Shown in pieces: positions 24,975-36,331 of a DNA stretch of 64,000 bases. Under the pieces are notes generated by a model. The model did no database searches, had not been told where the DNA came from, and worked only from the letters and a program-made list of their open reading frames with translations. Position 1 is the stretch's first letter. The number at the start of each line of letters is the position of its first letter. Source of the DNA: Antedon mediterranea (lineage: Eukaryota > Animalia > Echinodermata); the NCBI RefSeq assembly GCF_964355755.1, contig NC_092673.1:12558948-12622947 (forward strand), in the 5' to 3' direction. Position numbers and translations under genes: made by a program.

Positions 24975-27900
24975 ATTTATTTATTTTATTTTTATTTCTT
25001 TATTCGAATTCATAAAATAACACAACATAAAAAAAAAATACAAAGAATGAATTCAGGGTAACACAAAAAAGTAACCAAAGGTCAAACTTATTTCCATTGT
25101 GGCCCTTAAGGATAAAAACACCATAAGAATAAACATTTACAATAAACAATAACACATGTAGTAACACTATAAATATAAATTATAATCTTTCAAGCATAAC
25201 CTCTTTGAGATGTTTCCTGATATTTCTTTTGAATTGATTGATGGTTTCTGAACACTGTATCAATTTTGGCAGGTGATTCCATGACGTTATTGCCGTGTTA
25301 ACAAAGGTTGTTTGGTAGTGGTTACCTATATATGGTCTATAAATTGATTGAGTTGCAAATCTAGTATTGTACTGGTGAATTACATTTGCTCTACTAATAC
25401 CATCATTCATAAACGTAGGGCTTAATCCATTAATAATACGATACATGTGACAAAAGTTTTATCTGTTTAACTCTTAAGTCTACTGGGAGCCAATTCAGTT
25501 TGTTTAATTCATTAGCCCCAATGTGATCCCTTGGTTCAAGACCAAGAATACATCTGACCGTCTTATTTTGTGCAGTTTGCAATTTAACTTTTAATGTTTT
25601 TTTTAATCCAGAGTACCACACGCTACAAGCATAATCATAAAGGCATAACACCAAACTATTTGCTAGTAACTTAAGATCTCTGAAAGTTAAGTACTTTCTA
25701 TTTCTATATAAAAATTTTACCCTTGAGTTTACTTTCTTTATAACTGATTTACCTATATAATCTCCAGTTAGATTGTTATCGAGTTCAAGTCCTAGATAAC
25801 TTACTGTAGGTTTGTTTGTGATTATATAATCATTGCATGTAACTTTCAATTCTTGTTGATTTCTGAGTTTACGTTTAGATCCAAATAGAATTGAATACGT
25901 TTTGCCTAGATGCAATGACAATCTATTATCTAATAACCAAGAATTAATAGATTTTAATTCTTTTGACAATACATTTTGTATATTGGCGACACTTTTATCA
26001 GATACAACTATAGCAGAATCATCGGCATAAAGGAGCAGTTTACAACTCAATGCAGATTCCATATCATTCACATACATTAAGAACAACAGTGGGCCCAATA
26101 TTGACCCCTGAGGGACCCCACATGTTTTTTTTTTCCACGTTGAAAGAGTACCACAATTATCAACTACCTGCCATCTTTCTGTTAAATATGATTTAAACCA
26201 ACCTATTACTGTTTGGGACAATCCTAATGCTCCCATTTTGCCTAGTAAAATCTGATGGTCTACAGTATCGAAAGCCTTTTGTAGGTCTAAGACTATCATA
26301 CCTGTTAAATTACCTTTATCCCAATTCTTTTTAATATGGTCAGTTAGGTGAATTAAACAAAGATCTGTCGAAAAATTTGCTCGGAACCCACATTGGAAAT
26401 CATAGATAAGTGATTTAGAATTAAGGTATTCCATCAATTGGTCATGTACTAGTCTTTCAACAACTTTAGAAAAAGCCGAGAGTATAGACACCGGACGATA
26501 GTTGCCTACCACCGTTTTACTACCCTTTTTGTGAATTGGGATGACTCTCGCTAATTTCCATTCTTTGGGTACAATACCGGATGTGAAGGACAACTTTATA
26601 ATATGAGTTAATGGTTTTGCTATTGCAGAAGCCCCATCTTTGAAGAATTTGGCTGGTAGAGTATCTATTCCGGTAGCTTTACTCGTCGATAATTGTGTCA
26701 AAGCTTTAAGAACATTATCTTCAGATAATTCTATGAAAGAAAAATCATTAGGAAAGACACCTTTGCTACTGTAAAAGACATTGACATGTTCCAAGTTATA
26801 AGTATTACTAGGAGGGTCAAGTTTGTTTACTAGCTCTCCAGCAACGTTGGTGAAGTACGAATTAAACTCTTCAGCAACTTCTTTCTTATCATGAACATAT
26901 TCATTGTTGATCTCAAGACAAACCTGTTTCTTGTCATTATTATTTGATTTAGAGGTTCCAAGACCTTTAAGAACTTTTCATAATTGTTTTGGTTTGTATT
27001 TATTTTCTTGAAGTTGTTCAGAATAAAAATTTACTTTAGCTTTTTTAATTTTATAATTTACACTATTTCGGAGTTTTCTAAAACCTTTGAGATGCATCAC
27101 ATCCTTTGTACTACGATATCTAATTAACATTTTGTCTCTTTGCCTAATAAGATCTCTTAATTCGGAGTCAAACCATGGTTGATCTTTTACTTTAACCCTA
27201 ATTTTTTTTTAGGAGCAATTGAATCAATTATACGCAGAAACTTATCTTTAAATGTATCCCATGAAGATTGAACACAAGTTAAACTAATACAATCTGACCA
27301 GTCAATACTATTAAGCATATGAGTCAGTGAATCAGAACTGTAATTTTTCATTGATCTAACATCAATTGTTCTGTGTATGCCAGAAATGATATTAGTCCGT
27401 TTTCGTCTACAAAACGTTAAAAAGTGATCACTTAGTCCAATAGGAATTACTCCACTGGCCTTAATTTTTAAAGGATCACTGGCAAAGATCAAATCTATTG
27501 CTGAGCTATTGTTATCACTGATCCTAGTTGGTTCAGTGATAAGTTGTTCAAGACCGAAAATATTACAGAAGTTATTCACTGACTCATAGTTGTTACGATT
27601 ACAATTTAAAACATTTACATTAAAGTCTCCAAGAATAATAATTTCTTGAGCAATGAAGTTTCCAACAGTCATAAGCAGGTTTTCTAAACAGTTAAAAAAT
27701 GTACCTTGTTTTGGTGGGCGATAGCAAACACCGGTTAAAATTGGCTTCGACTTTGGCAAAATTATATCAATCCATTTGCATTCGATATCCTCTCTGTCCA
27801 AATCATTTCTGACTGAGTAATAAATAGTATTGCGTATATATAAACACACTCCACCCCCTTTTCCATTTCTGTCTTTCCTTTCTATTGAGAAATTTTCAAT

Positions 27901-29076
27901 TTTTATTTCAGCATCATTGATTGAATCATCGAGCCACGACTCACTTATTGCAATGACTGATGCGTTCGTATTTTTTGCAATATCTCGAATTTGATCGATT
28001 TTGTTACGTAAACTTCTAACGTTAAGGTGAATAAATATCAAACCCTTACCACAAAGAAGTTTACATTCCAACTCATTAAGCAGCCTATCCTCGTTTTCCA
28101 AATTGGCATTTAACAACTCCGTGTACGAAACATCAGATATATTAATAGTATCTTCAAATAATGAATCACTGAAGATAGGTACCATACATGAGTAGCAATG
28201 CCAGTCCGAATCCGATTTGGCAAGGCGATTGTATTCTTTAATAGAGATATTCGCACATTTAATGTGGTACCATGAGTCACATCCATCGCAGCAGATACCT
28301 CGTTGATTTGATTTCACAGATCCTGAACACAGCCCACATGGATCACAAGTTGTGGGTCCAGGGTTAGACGATATATCTCCACTTAAAACAAGAATCATAA
28401 ACGCAAAATGTCTCAATAAAACTCCAAGTCGTATTGCCCGTGTTTTAGTTTTTCCTCCGTGACCGTGTCTGCGTGGATATACCTTTTCAAAGTATGACGT
28501 AGAACATAATTTAAGTGCTGTGATTCCATGTTGGCTAGTGAAGAATTCCTTAAACGGACTGCTTGTACGCAAATCATTGGAATTTCTCTGGACGTCCCTG
28601 GCATTCCATTTTGTTATCACCGCTAGCAGGATCACTAATAGAGTAGGCAAACCGGTATGTCGAAACGTAGCCATGATAAATCAACAATCTAATCCAAGTC
28701 AAAATCCACCTAGAAGAAACTTACCAGCTATGAAATGAGTCAATACGGTACCGTAAACAGATCATACAAAAAAACACGATACGAATACAGTTAAAATCCG
28801 TACACAATTTCAGATTAAAAATGCATGTAAAATTTCAGCTTGAAGAAGCATATAAAAATATCATCAATATACAGACAGCTATACAAACAACATTCTATAA
28901 AATATTTTAGTTGCTTTAAAAAATGCGAGGTTGAAAGACACTTGAACTAGGCCCAAGGAGTGCCTTTGTGCCTATCTGTGTCGGCCGGACTCGTTCAAAA
29001 TTCCCGGGCTATACTGTAGATTGTTCAGAGAAATGTCATGCCTAGAGAGCTCGACTGAAACACGTCCGCTGACGTG
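24975..29076 (-). mobile_element. Near full-length CR1-group (L2/Crack/Daphne-like) LINE
   Basis: ~400-bp 5' UTR, one PHD-APE-RT coding region, a 3' UTR with GGGCCACAATGGAAATAAG, and an A-rich (AATAA)n tail at ~24975-25003. It sits in a MULE intron. Confidence 0.9.
25180..28674 (-). pseudogene. LINE ORF2: hydrophobic N-terminus, 2A-like motif, PHD finger, APE endonuclease, reverse transcriptase
   Basis: Motifs LSGDISSNPGP; CGLC..CCDGCDSWYHIKC..WHCYSC; HLNVRSL, ISESWL, GGGV, YRPP, GDFN, SDH; NYRPVSIL, LDLQKAFDTVDH, GVPQGSILGP, YADD. Lesions are a frameshift in the T-run at ~27202-10, a TGA near 26980 and a frameshift at ~25450. Confidence 0.93.
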
Positions 29077-29193
29077 AGTGTATTGTTGGTATGTGAGTGT
29101 ATGGTATGGTATGTAAACTAGTTAATCTACAGGAACATTCAGACATTGTCATCACATGAATAAATTATGTTGGATGTCCATGATGATTAGTAA

Positions 29194-29998
29194 AAACTAC
29201 TGTTTATTCATCCCAGGTAACTGTGCTTAATTGATTTGAAAATTAATTAATTGAAAAAAAATCTGCTGGTCCATTGAGGTCATATTTTTACGGACTTACC
29301 TTAAAACTTCCATCCATGAACCAATGTTTTAGCGACAAAACCTCGCACCTAGCATGGTGCCACATACTACACCCTCCACACTTTACCAAGTTCAACCCAC
29401 AGGTTGTGCTGCAAACACCACAAGGGTGCCTGCGAGTGTTCTGTAAAAAACAGAAAAATATTATAATAGTAATACAGTACAGATAGGTATAATATTTTTG
29501 CATGGTAAATAATAGTCATATAACATTTATATAACATCATCTGTTGTCTGCTTCAACCTGACAAATTAAAATAAATGTGATGGTTAATTATAAGTACAAT
29601 CAACAAACTACTGTTTATTCATCCCAGGTAACTGTGCTTAATTGATTTGTATTTAAAAAAAAATCTGCTGGTCCATTGAGGTCATATTTTTACGGACTTA
29701 CCTTAAAACTTCCATCCATGAACCAATTAGCGACAAAACCTCGCACCTAGCATGGTGCCACACACTACACCCTCCACACTTTACCGAGTTCAACCCACAG
29801 GTTATGCTGCAAACACCACAAGGGTGCCTGTGGGTGTTCTGTAAAAAGCAGAAAAATATTATAATAGTAATACAGATAGGTATAATATTTTTGCATGGTA
29901 AATAATAGTCATATAACATTTATATAACATCATCTGTTGTCTGCTTCAACCTGACAAATTAAAATAAATGTGATTGTTAATTACAAGTACAATCAACA
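29194..29998. repeat. Tandem duplication, 2 x ~400 bp, including the MULE PHD/D1 exon
   Basis: Units start AAACTACTGTTTATTC at 29194 and 29605. The second copy has small deletions that frameshift the exon. Confidence 0.9.
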
Positions 29999-30232
29999 TT
30001 GTTAAACATCTATATAGCTATGAATTTATTTATATTATTTAGTTTAATATTATTTCCTGTACTAATTATACATTTCTAGATGGAGGATGCCGCTCTTAAC
30101 TGTGACTCCTGCTAGTGAGAGAATATTCGTATTATTTATTAAACAAAGTTTTTCGATCAAAAATAACATTGGTGGCGCTTTCCTCTATTTCAAGACTTCT
30201 AATTGGTCCAAACTTTCAATCACGTCTGAAAG

Positions 30233-32140
30233 TAGGTATCCCAATGAAGCGGATTTTCGTTATGGCGATTTTAACACGTTCGTGAAATTTTAAAAAGTGA
30301 CATGTCTTTGAAGTTAACAATATACTATTTCTTATGTAGCCATGTGAATAAAATTTATATGTCTAGAAAGATCTTGTTTAAGATTTTATTTATATATATT
30401 TTTAATCTATGTTTATTAAATATTTTAATAGAAAACGCGAGTTAAAAAGGAGGTACAAAAACCGGCGATTGGATACCCCCGCAGTGACTGTTCCATTTTC
30501 GGAACTAGTCTTTCCTGCACACACGAGGCATGGCGAAGAATGTCGCTTCTCATGGAATAAGATAAGATAAGATAAGATAAATCTTTATTGTCATGAACAC
30601 AGCAAGGCGAACATGAAATTGGTTTTCCTTGATGCTTAAAAACACATACAATATATAAAACATTAAAAATATCAATACAATACATTAAAACTATATACAG
30701 TAGTAAACAAGTAAACAAACTATCTTTGGAATGTTGTGTTGGAAACATGAATAGAGTTGTGGACAAATGATTTCCAACATCGAGTGGTATTGCACATTAA
30801 AGGACAAATTTTACCTGATTTATTAACAACATATTTATCATTCAATGGGTGCGAGTTATCTTCCATTATTTTCTTAACTTGGCTAATAACATCGCGCCTG
30901 TAAACTGCGTCGATAACATTGACATTCCTTCCTATTTAATAATATTTAATATATATTTATTAATATTTGCTTCGAAACGTCAATTTTACCGATTTATTAA
31001 AGTATTTAATAAGTGGAGTATTTATCAAGCTACTATATAAAGCAAGTACGTTGGGAATAAATGTACCGAAGGAATTTAAGAAGCTTTAAATTTGCTATGC
31101 AGCGGCCGTAACCCATTCTATGTAGGCGGCCGAAAGGCGCTTTTGACAGGGTTGCCGTTATATGTATACGCTGTATCTTGGCCTAAACGTGATTCCGTAT
31201 TTCAATTTAAAGTGCACCTTACGGTTAGAATATTTGAAAAGAAAATAAAATTAAACATATTAATATATACTATTGAAGTAATTACTTAGTTCAATTTTAA
31301 ATTCGTCTGCTTTCCTCCCGATATTTCTTCGGCAGAATTTAGTGGTGTTAGGCTTTAGGCCTATATAAACTTAACTTGTAGGCGCGGCCGAGTTTACGCC
31401 CGGAATGGAATCGAACGCATAATAAGCACAGGCTTAATTCTAATTTTTAGCGGTTCGAAAATCAATTAAAATAATATTTATGATTATAATTAAAAATTTA
31501 AATTCTAGAATTATAAAAAAATGTATACTTACGAAAAATAATATTTAAAAAAAAAGAAACAATAGCCACACAGTTTTTTAACACAATATATATTTTTTTA
31601 CATTTTAACATTTTTTAACAATATTTATGTTGTATTTCAGAAATACCTACCCGTCAATATAAATAATCTTACTAAAATACATATTACATTCTATGCAATG
31701 CAAAAAAAAAGAAGTCAATTCATACACTGGTTCAAAAGTTACAAATCATTTAAAGACAGGAACTTTTTGAGCATTTTTGAGACATTTGGAAAAAATTAGC
31801 GCAAAAAGCCCTAAGACCAATTTTGGAGGGCGATATCTAAAAAAAAAATTTTGAGGACCCCCCCCCCCCCCCCCAAAAAAATAGTCTTGTACAACTCTGT
31901 GGTATCTATGGGTTTAGCAAAAATTAGAACTTTCAAGTTATTAATATAAAAGTTATAACCCTTCAAAAATGGTTCCAAATATAATTGGAAAAAATGGCAA
32001 CTTCAACGGACGATAACTTTTGAATGGATAATCCGATTTCAATCATTTAAATTGCAAAAGTTTATGTTCAGTAAGTTCCTTTTGATTAACTGAAACAAAA
32101 AGTACCATCATTAATTTGAAATTTTACATTGGGATACCTA
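30233..32140. mobile_element. Non-autonomous TIR element with a 7-bp TSD (hATw-like)
   Basis: TIR TAGGTATCCCAATG / CATTGGGATACCTA, with CTGAAAG at 30226-32 and 32141-47. An alternative parse is a 16-bp TIR with a 3-bp TSD GAA. Confidence 0.75.
30557..30850 (-). mobile_element. 5'-truncated Rex/Babar-like LINE 3' end
   Basis: Peptide HPLNDKYVVNKSGK...TTRCWKSFVHNSI, followed by AATAAA and a (TCTTA)n tail. Confidence 0.65.
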
Positions 32141-34842
32141 CTGAAAGGGCGCCACCAGCTTATGTGGGTTTCGCGTATGTGTATCCAGAAATTAATTTAT
32201 TTTTTTAAATAAAAATACGTTTTCAATATTTAATTTCAGTGTTCATTTAATTATAATGCAGCCCAACCGATAGTTGATTATATATAGAACCCACTTGTAA
32301 TATAGTAGTAATATAAAAATATTCCCATACCTTAGGCTGCATGAAGATATAACTTGATACCTTTAGCTGATCCAAGAAAGTAATCTAATTTAATTCACTT
32401 TCAAAATGCAGACACCAATACACTCCAAACAAATATAAAGTACGAATTGTCGAGAAAAAAAACCCAGACTCAATTCCGCTGAATCCAAAAGAGTCACGTC
32501 GCAAAACTATAAAACTGTAAAATCTATTAACTGAATTTAAAATAAAAAAGCACGCAATGTAGAGAGAAACTGTGACTATAGTTCGATCAGCAATAAAGTC
32601 AATACGAAAATGGTGATGTTCCTTGGGTGGGTCAGCTTAACTCACGGAAAAACAACTACATTTTTGTATTGTCTTAAATGTTTTGTGTGTGCTTCATTGT
32701 TAAGTTGTACAAGAACGTGCTATTAGCTGTTTAATACTTTTTGAAACAACACTTGTCAAACCATTCAACCGCGCCCACCCAATACAACACCCCACCCAAA
32801 AAATATACTGTACAGTATTAAAATAAATGCCTTATTTTGCAATAATTATTTCGACGGTTTATCATACCAAATACTATACTAATTAGTTTTCAGAGGTCTC
32901 CCATTTTTATTTAGTGTTATTATAGCCTACAATTGTAAGTGAACGTGTTCATCGATAAAACCTGGTTATCTTTATTTTCTATCATCAATTTATAGAATAG
33001 TAGTATATCATCATATAATAATCGGAAAATGTCTTCAGTATTTTAACTGTCCAGCTTTCTCATTTTAATTGAGAGTTTTTAATTATTGTTTTAACAAATT
33101 ATTGTCTTCTTTTTGATATTGTTACTGCAATGTCGATCAACCTGGTCATCGTTATTTTCTACTATCAATTTATAGTACAGTAGTAGGCCTATCTCTCATT
33201 AATTGAGATATTTTTTTATTTTTTATTTGTTACGGTACTGTAATTCCTGAGTGCCACTGATGTAAAAATGTCATTTTCAAAATTCAGTAAATTAACTATA
33301 GGCAGTATTTAATAAATCATCAAATCGGTAGAAAACATTACAGAAAACCAGTATAATAAAATGTTTTATTAATTTAATATTAATGAAACAAAACACATTT
33401 CTAATCAATTATAATACTAGGCCCATTGCTATATTTATTATCGTTTATTTATTCAAATTCAACATACATTATTTAAATATATTAAAATTCTTGTCATAGT
33501 CAATACATTTGAGTGGGCCGAATCCTCTCAGGGCCGAATCGTCCCAGGGCCAAATTGTCCCGGGCCGAATCGTCTCGGGCCGAATCGTCTCGGGCCGAAT
33601 AGTCCTGTTACCTTTAATAACACTTCTCAACCATTATATAACGTTTATGTTTATTATTAATTAAAATTTCATTTACTGATTTTGATGTAACCCTTGTCCA
33701 TTTCTCAACGTAGACGTGTTGAAGTTTTGTAATGAAACTTCACCAATACAATATTATCCATTTGATGCAGCTCAATAGACAAGAATATACATTTATAATT
33801 ACTGTAAATCAAAGCTTGTCGTGTGTAATGGGGACACCAAAACACAATTATTCAGCTACTTTAACTTAGAATTTCATACAAAAATGTGTATATTGTTTTA
33901 AATCAAGTGAAAATTGTGCCAACAATGTGTTACTTTATTAAGTATAAGTTAAATACCATGTACCTTTAATATTTTATTTGGATTAATTTGCATAACTCTT
34001 AGAAATATGCGAAATAAGAAACATTTTTTAACTTTAAGTGCATTAAAACTTACTTGGCAAAAAGAATTTTTGCCAAGTAACAAACACACAAACAAAGTAA
34101 ATGCTATACTTGGCAAAATTCTTTTTTGTCAAGTAACAAACACATGCGATCGATTCCATACCTCCTTGGCGGAGGTAAACTACTTATACAATATTATTAC
34201 GCCAATGCAGGACGCTTGTTTTTCAGTCAGTAAACAGTTTTGTAGCTTTGGTCAAGTTGAATTTAAACAATAAACAGGAGCCTAAGGCATCAAGTTTCGT
34301 AACAATGTCAGATATTGGATGGATAAAAAAAAACTTCATCCCCTTGTGGCCATGAATATTGGTTGCTACTGCTTTTAACCTTGGTCATATAAGATAAACT
34401 ATAAGTATATTCATCATCATGTATAGCTTCAACCTGTAATTTAAAAAAAAAATTATTACTGATATTAAGTTAGTTTAATAGTTGATGTGGTTAAATAATA
34501 AAAAAATAATTACTCCCTTCAGTTTCATTAATGTCTGCTATAATAAGGTAAACAAAATATAATTTAAGGTTTTGTCTTGATTATTCATTAATAATGTTAC
34601 CGCTTATCACACATCTATAAAACCAAAATGAAAGTAAATAAAATGGTAAGGTTCACTTATATCACACACTTATAAAAACAAAATGAAAATAAAGTTGTAT
34701 ACAATTAAATAAAAAGGTAAGGTTCACTTATATCACACACTTATAAAAGTAGAAAGCCACTCCAAGAGTGCATACCTCCGCCTACTGTAAAAGTTTCCTA
34801 CATAAGATTTCCCCGAGAAAAAAAAAAAAAAAAATATATATA

Positions 34843-35850
34843 CCACCCTAGGTTGCCTCCATTACGGGCTATTATTGAGAAACATATGCCCATTCTACAG
34901 TCCACAGAACGTCTCAGGACTGTTTTTCCGGAACCACCCATTATTGCATTTCGTAGACCTCCCAACCTTCGTGATATATTAGTCAGATCCAAATTTAAGA
35001 GTGAAATTAACTCTCATGAAGCCAAAATTTGGGCAGTCACCTTTGCGGCAAATCTTGCAAAACTTGTTCATTGGTTGATTCTACTGACAAATTTGAGAGT
35101 AACCAAACTGGCCGCATTTTTCGGATAAGACAATCAATTAATTGTCTAACCAAAAACGTCATTTATCTCATATACTGTAATATTTGTGGCAAACAGTACG
35201 TCGGAGAAACAAAAAACACTCTCCGTATGAGAATGACACAACATAGATCAGCTATCAAAACATTAAAGCTTGATCAACCTGTAGCCGAACATTTTAATTC
35301 AGCTGGTCACTCGATTGCAAATTTCAGAGTTATTGCAATAGACCACGATGTCAAATGGAGCGACAAAACTCGCAAAGACAAAGAAAACCACTGGGAATTA
35401 CTACTTAAAACCACAAAACCTTTCGGACTTAACATTAGGAACATACTCCCAGATCGGTAAAATTATTCCATTGACTACCAAAATTTAAGTTTCAATATTA
35501 ACCACCATTTAAGCTGTTTTTTAGTCTCATTCCAAAATTGTTTATATCTCTACCAAGCTACCTTCTTTGTTTTCTACTCTTATTCAGACTCCACCCTGGC
35601 TCCCTTTGTCATATTTCTTTTATTCCTGTCCACCCAGGCAGCACTTGCCAGCTTTATACTATGATGTTATCCAAATTCCTTCACTTGCACTGATGAAGGG
35701 CTAGTGTTGCCCGAAAGCTCTGCTAACTTTTCTGGCTGTTTACTTTATCGTTTTGATTTAGCTTTTCGCTTTTTATTTTTGTATCTCCATTGAGATCCAG
35801 CCACTGATACCCACAGCATTGTCATTTTTTTCAGTAATTTGCCTTTGGAT
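34843..35850 (+). mobile_element. 5'-truncated Penelope-like element (RT C-terminus plus GIY-YIG endonuclease)
   Basis: PPIIAFRRPPNLRDILVRS, then CGKSCKTC...NVIYLIYCNICGKQYVGET...RMTQHR...HF..E..W...LKT..PFGLN. There is a frameshift near 35025 and (TA)n on both flanks. Confidence 0.9.
35687..35723 (+). ncRNA. Minimal type-I hammerhead ribozyme (Penelope-associated)
   Basis: GCA-CUGAUGA-A-GGGC(UAGUGUU)GCCC-GAAA-GC-UC-UGC: conserved core, 4-bp stem II, palindromic AGCU in place of stem III, and a 3-bp stem I. Confidence 0.7.
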
Positions 35851-35874
35851 TTATATATATATATATATTTATAT

Positions 35875-36331
35875 AGATGCGTTGAGGCAGCGAAAGTGCT
35901 CAATTGAAATCAAGAGCGAGTATATATTTATGAATTAGATAGAACACGGGCGTCTATTACACGGTGTTTCACGTTAAACGATCTTCAGATAGACTGAACA
36001 ATACCGTATCTCGAGGTGTTATAAGGCTTTAGTCAGGTGGTATGTAAATTTTCTTGTTATGACGACATTTTGAAATCAGTTCAGACCTTTTTAACAAATT
36101 TGTTTTGTTTGCATTTAGAATACATAGCTTTTCATCTAAACAAAGACTACAACGCCCATAAGCGGCGTTCTTAGTGGAGGAATATTTAATTACTTTCCAT
36201 TTAATTGTAAACATTACGTCATTACTTTTCAAAGACCATACGTACTTTGAGAGCTCGGATTCTTTACTGTACGTTTCTTTTTTGAAAGATTTCTTGTGAT
36301 TGTTAAACCTAGTTTTAAACTGCCCACCCAT
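35875..36331 (-). mobile_element. 5'-truncated Penelope-like element, second family
   Basis: C-terminal half of GIY-YIG: FKTRFNNHKKSF...ELSKYVWSLK...IKWKVI...CSLCLDEKLCI...RSELISKCRH. It is flanked by (TA)n. Confidence 0.85.
35952..35994 (-). ncRNA. Type-I hammerhead ribozyme (Penelope-associated)
   Basis: The minus strand reads GUCUAU-CUGAAGA-UCGU(UUA)ACGU-GAAA-CAC(C)GUG-UA-AUAGAC: a 6-bp stem I, an intact core and a GUA cleavage triplet. Confidence 0.8.

Larger units (their letters stand above)
18040..29440 (-). pseudogene. Multi-exon MULE DDE transposase pseudogene with an N-terminal PHD-like finger
   Basis: Exons bounded by GT-AG introns: 29440-29300 (CGVC..C..C..WHHARC...WFMDGSFK, D1); 24953-24819 (VVSKPF..QLFSI...KQFPLVLILMSRRKKEDY); 24557-24488 (..*MVVLDFET, D2); 22747-22421 plus 18770-18767 (VFPGVEIKGCAFH*AQA...RTNNDV|EG, E); and from 18187 (GWHNRLN...YILIPQLRREA). 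It carries in-frame stops, and the reading-frame link between the DFET and VFPG exons is not resolved. Confidence 0.85.
16535..33612 (-). mobile_element. ~17-kb Mutator (MULE) element with tandem-repeat termini and many nested insertions
   Basis: The left array GACGATTCGGCCC (16548-16635) and right array GGGCCGAATCGTC (33515-33605, ending CTGTTACC) are inverted relative to each other and enclose MULE transposase exons. The left boundary is approximate and no TSD was recovered. Confidence 0.7.
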
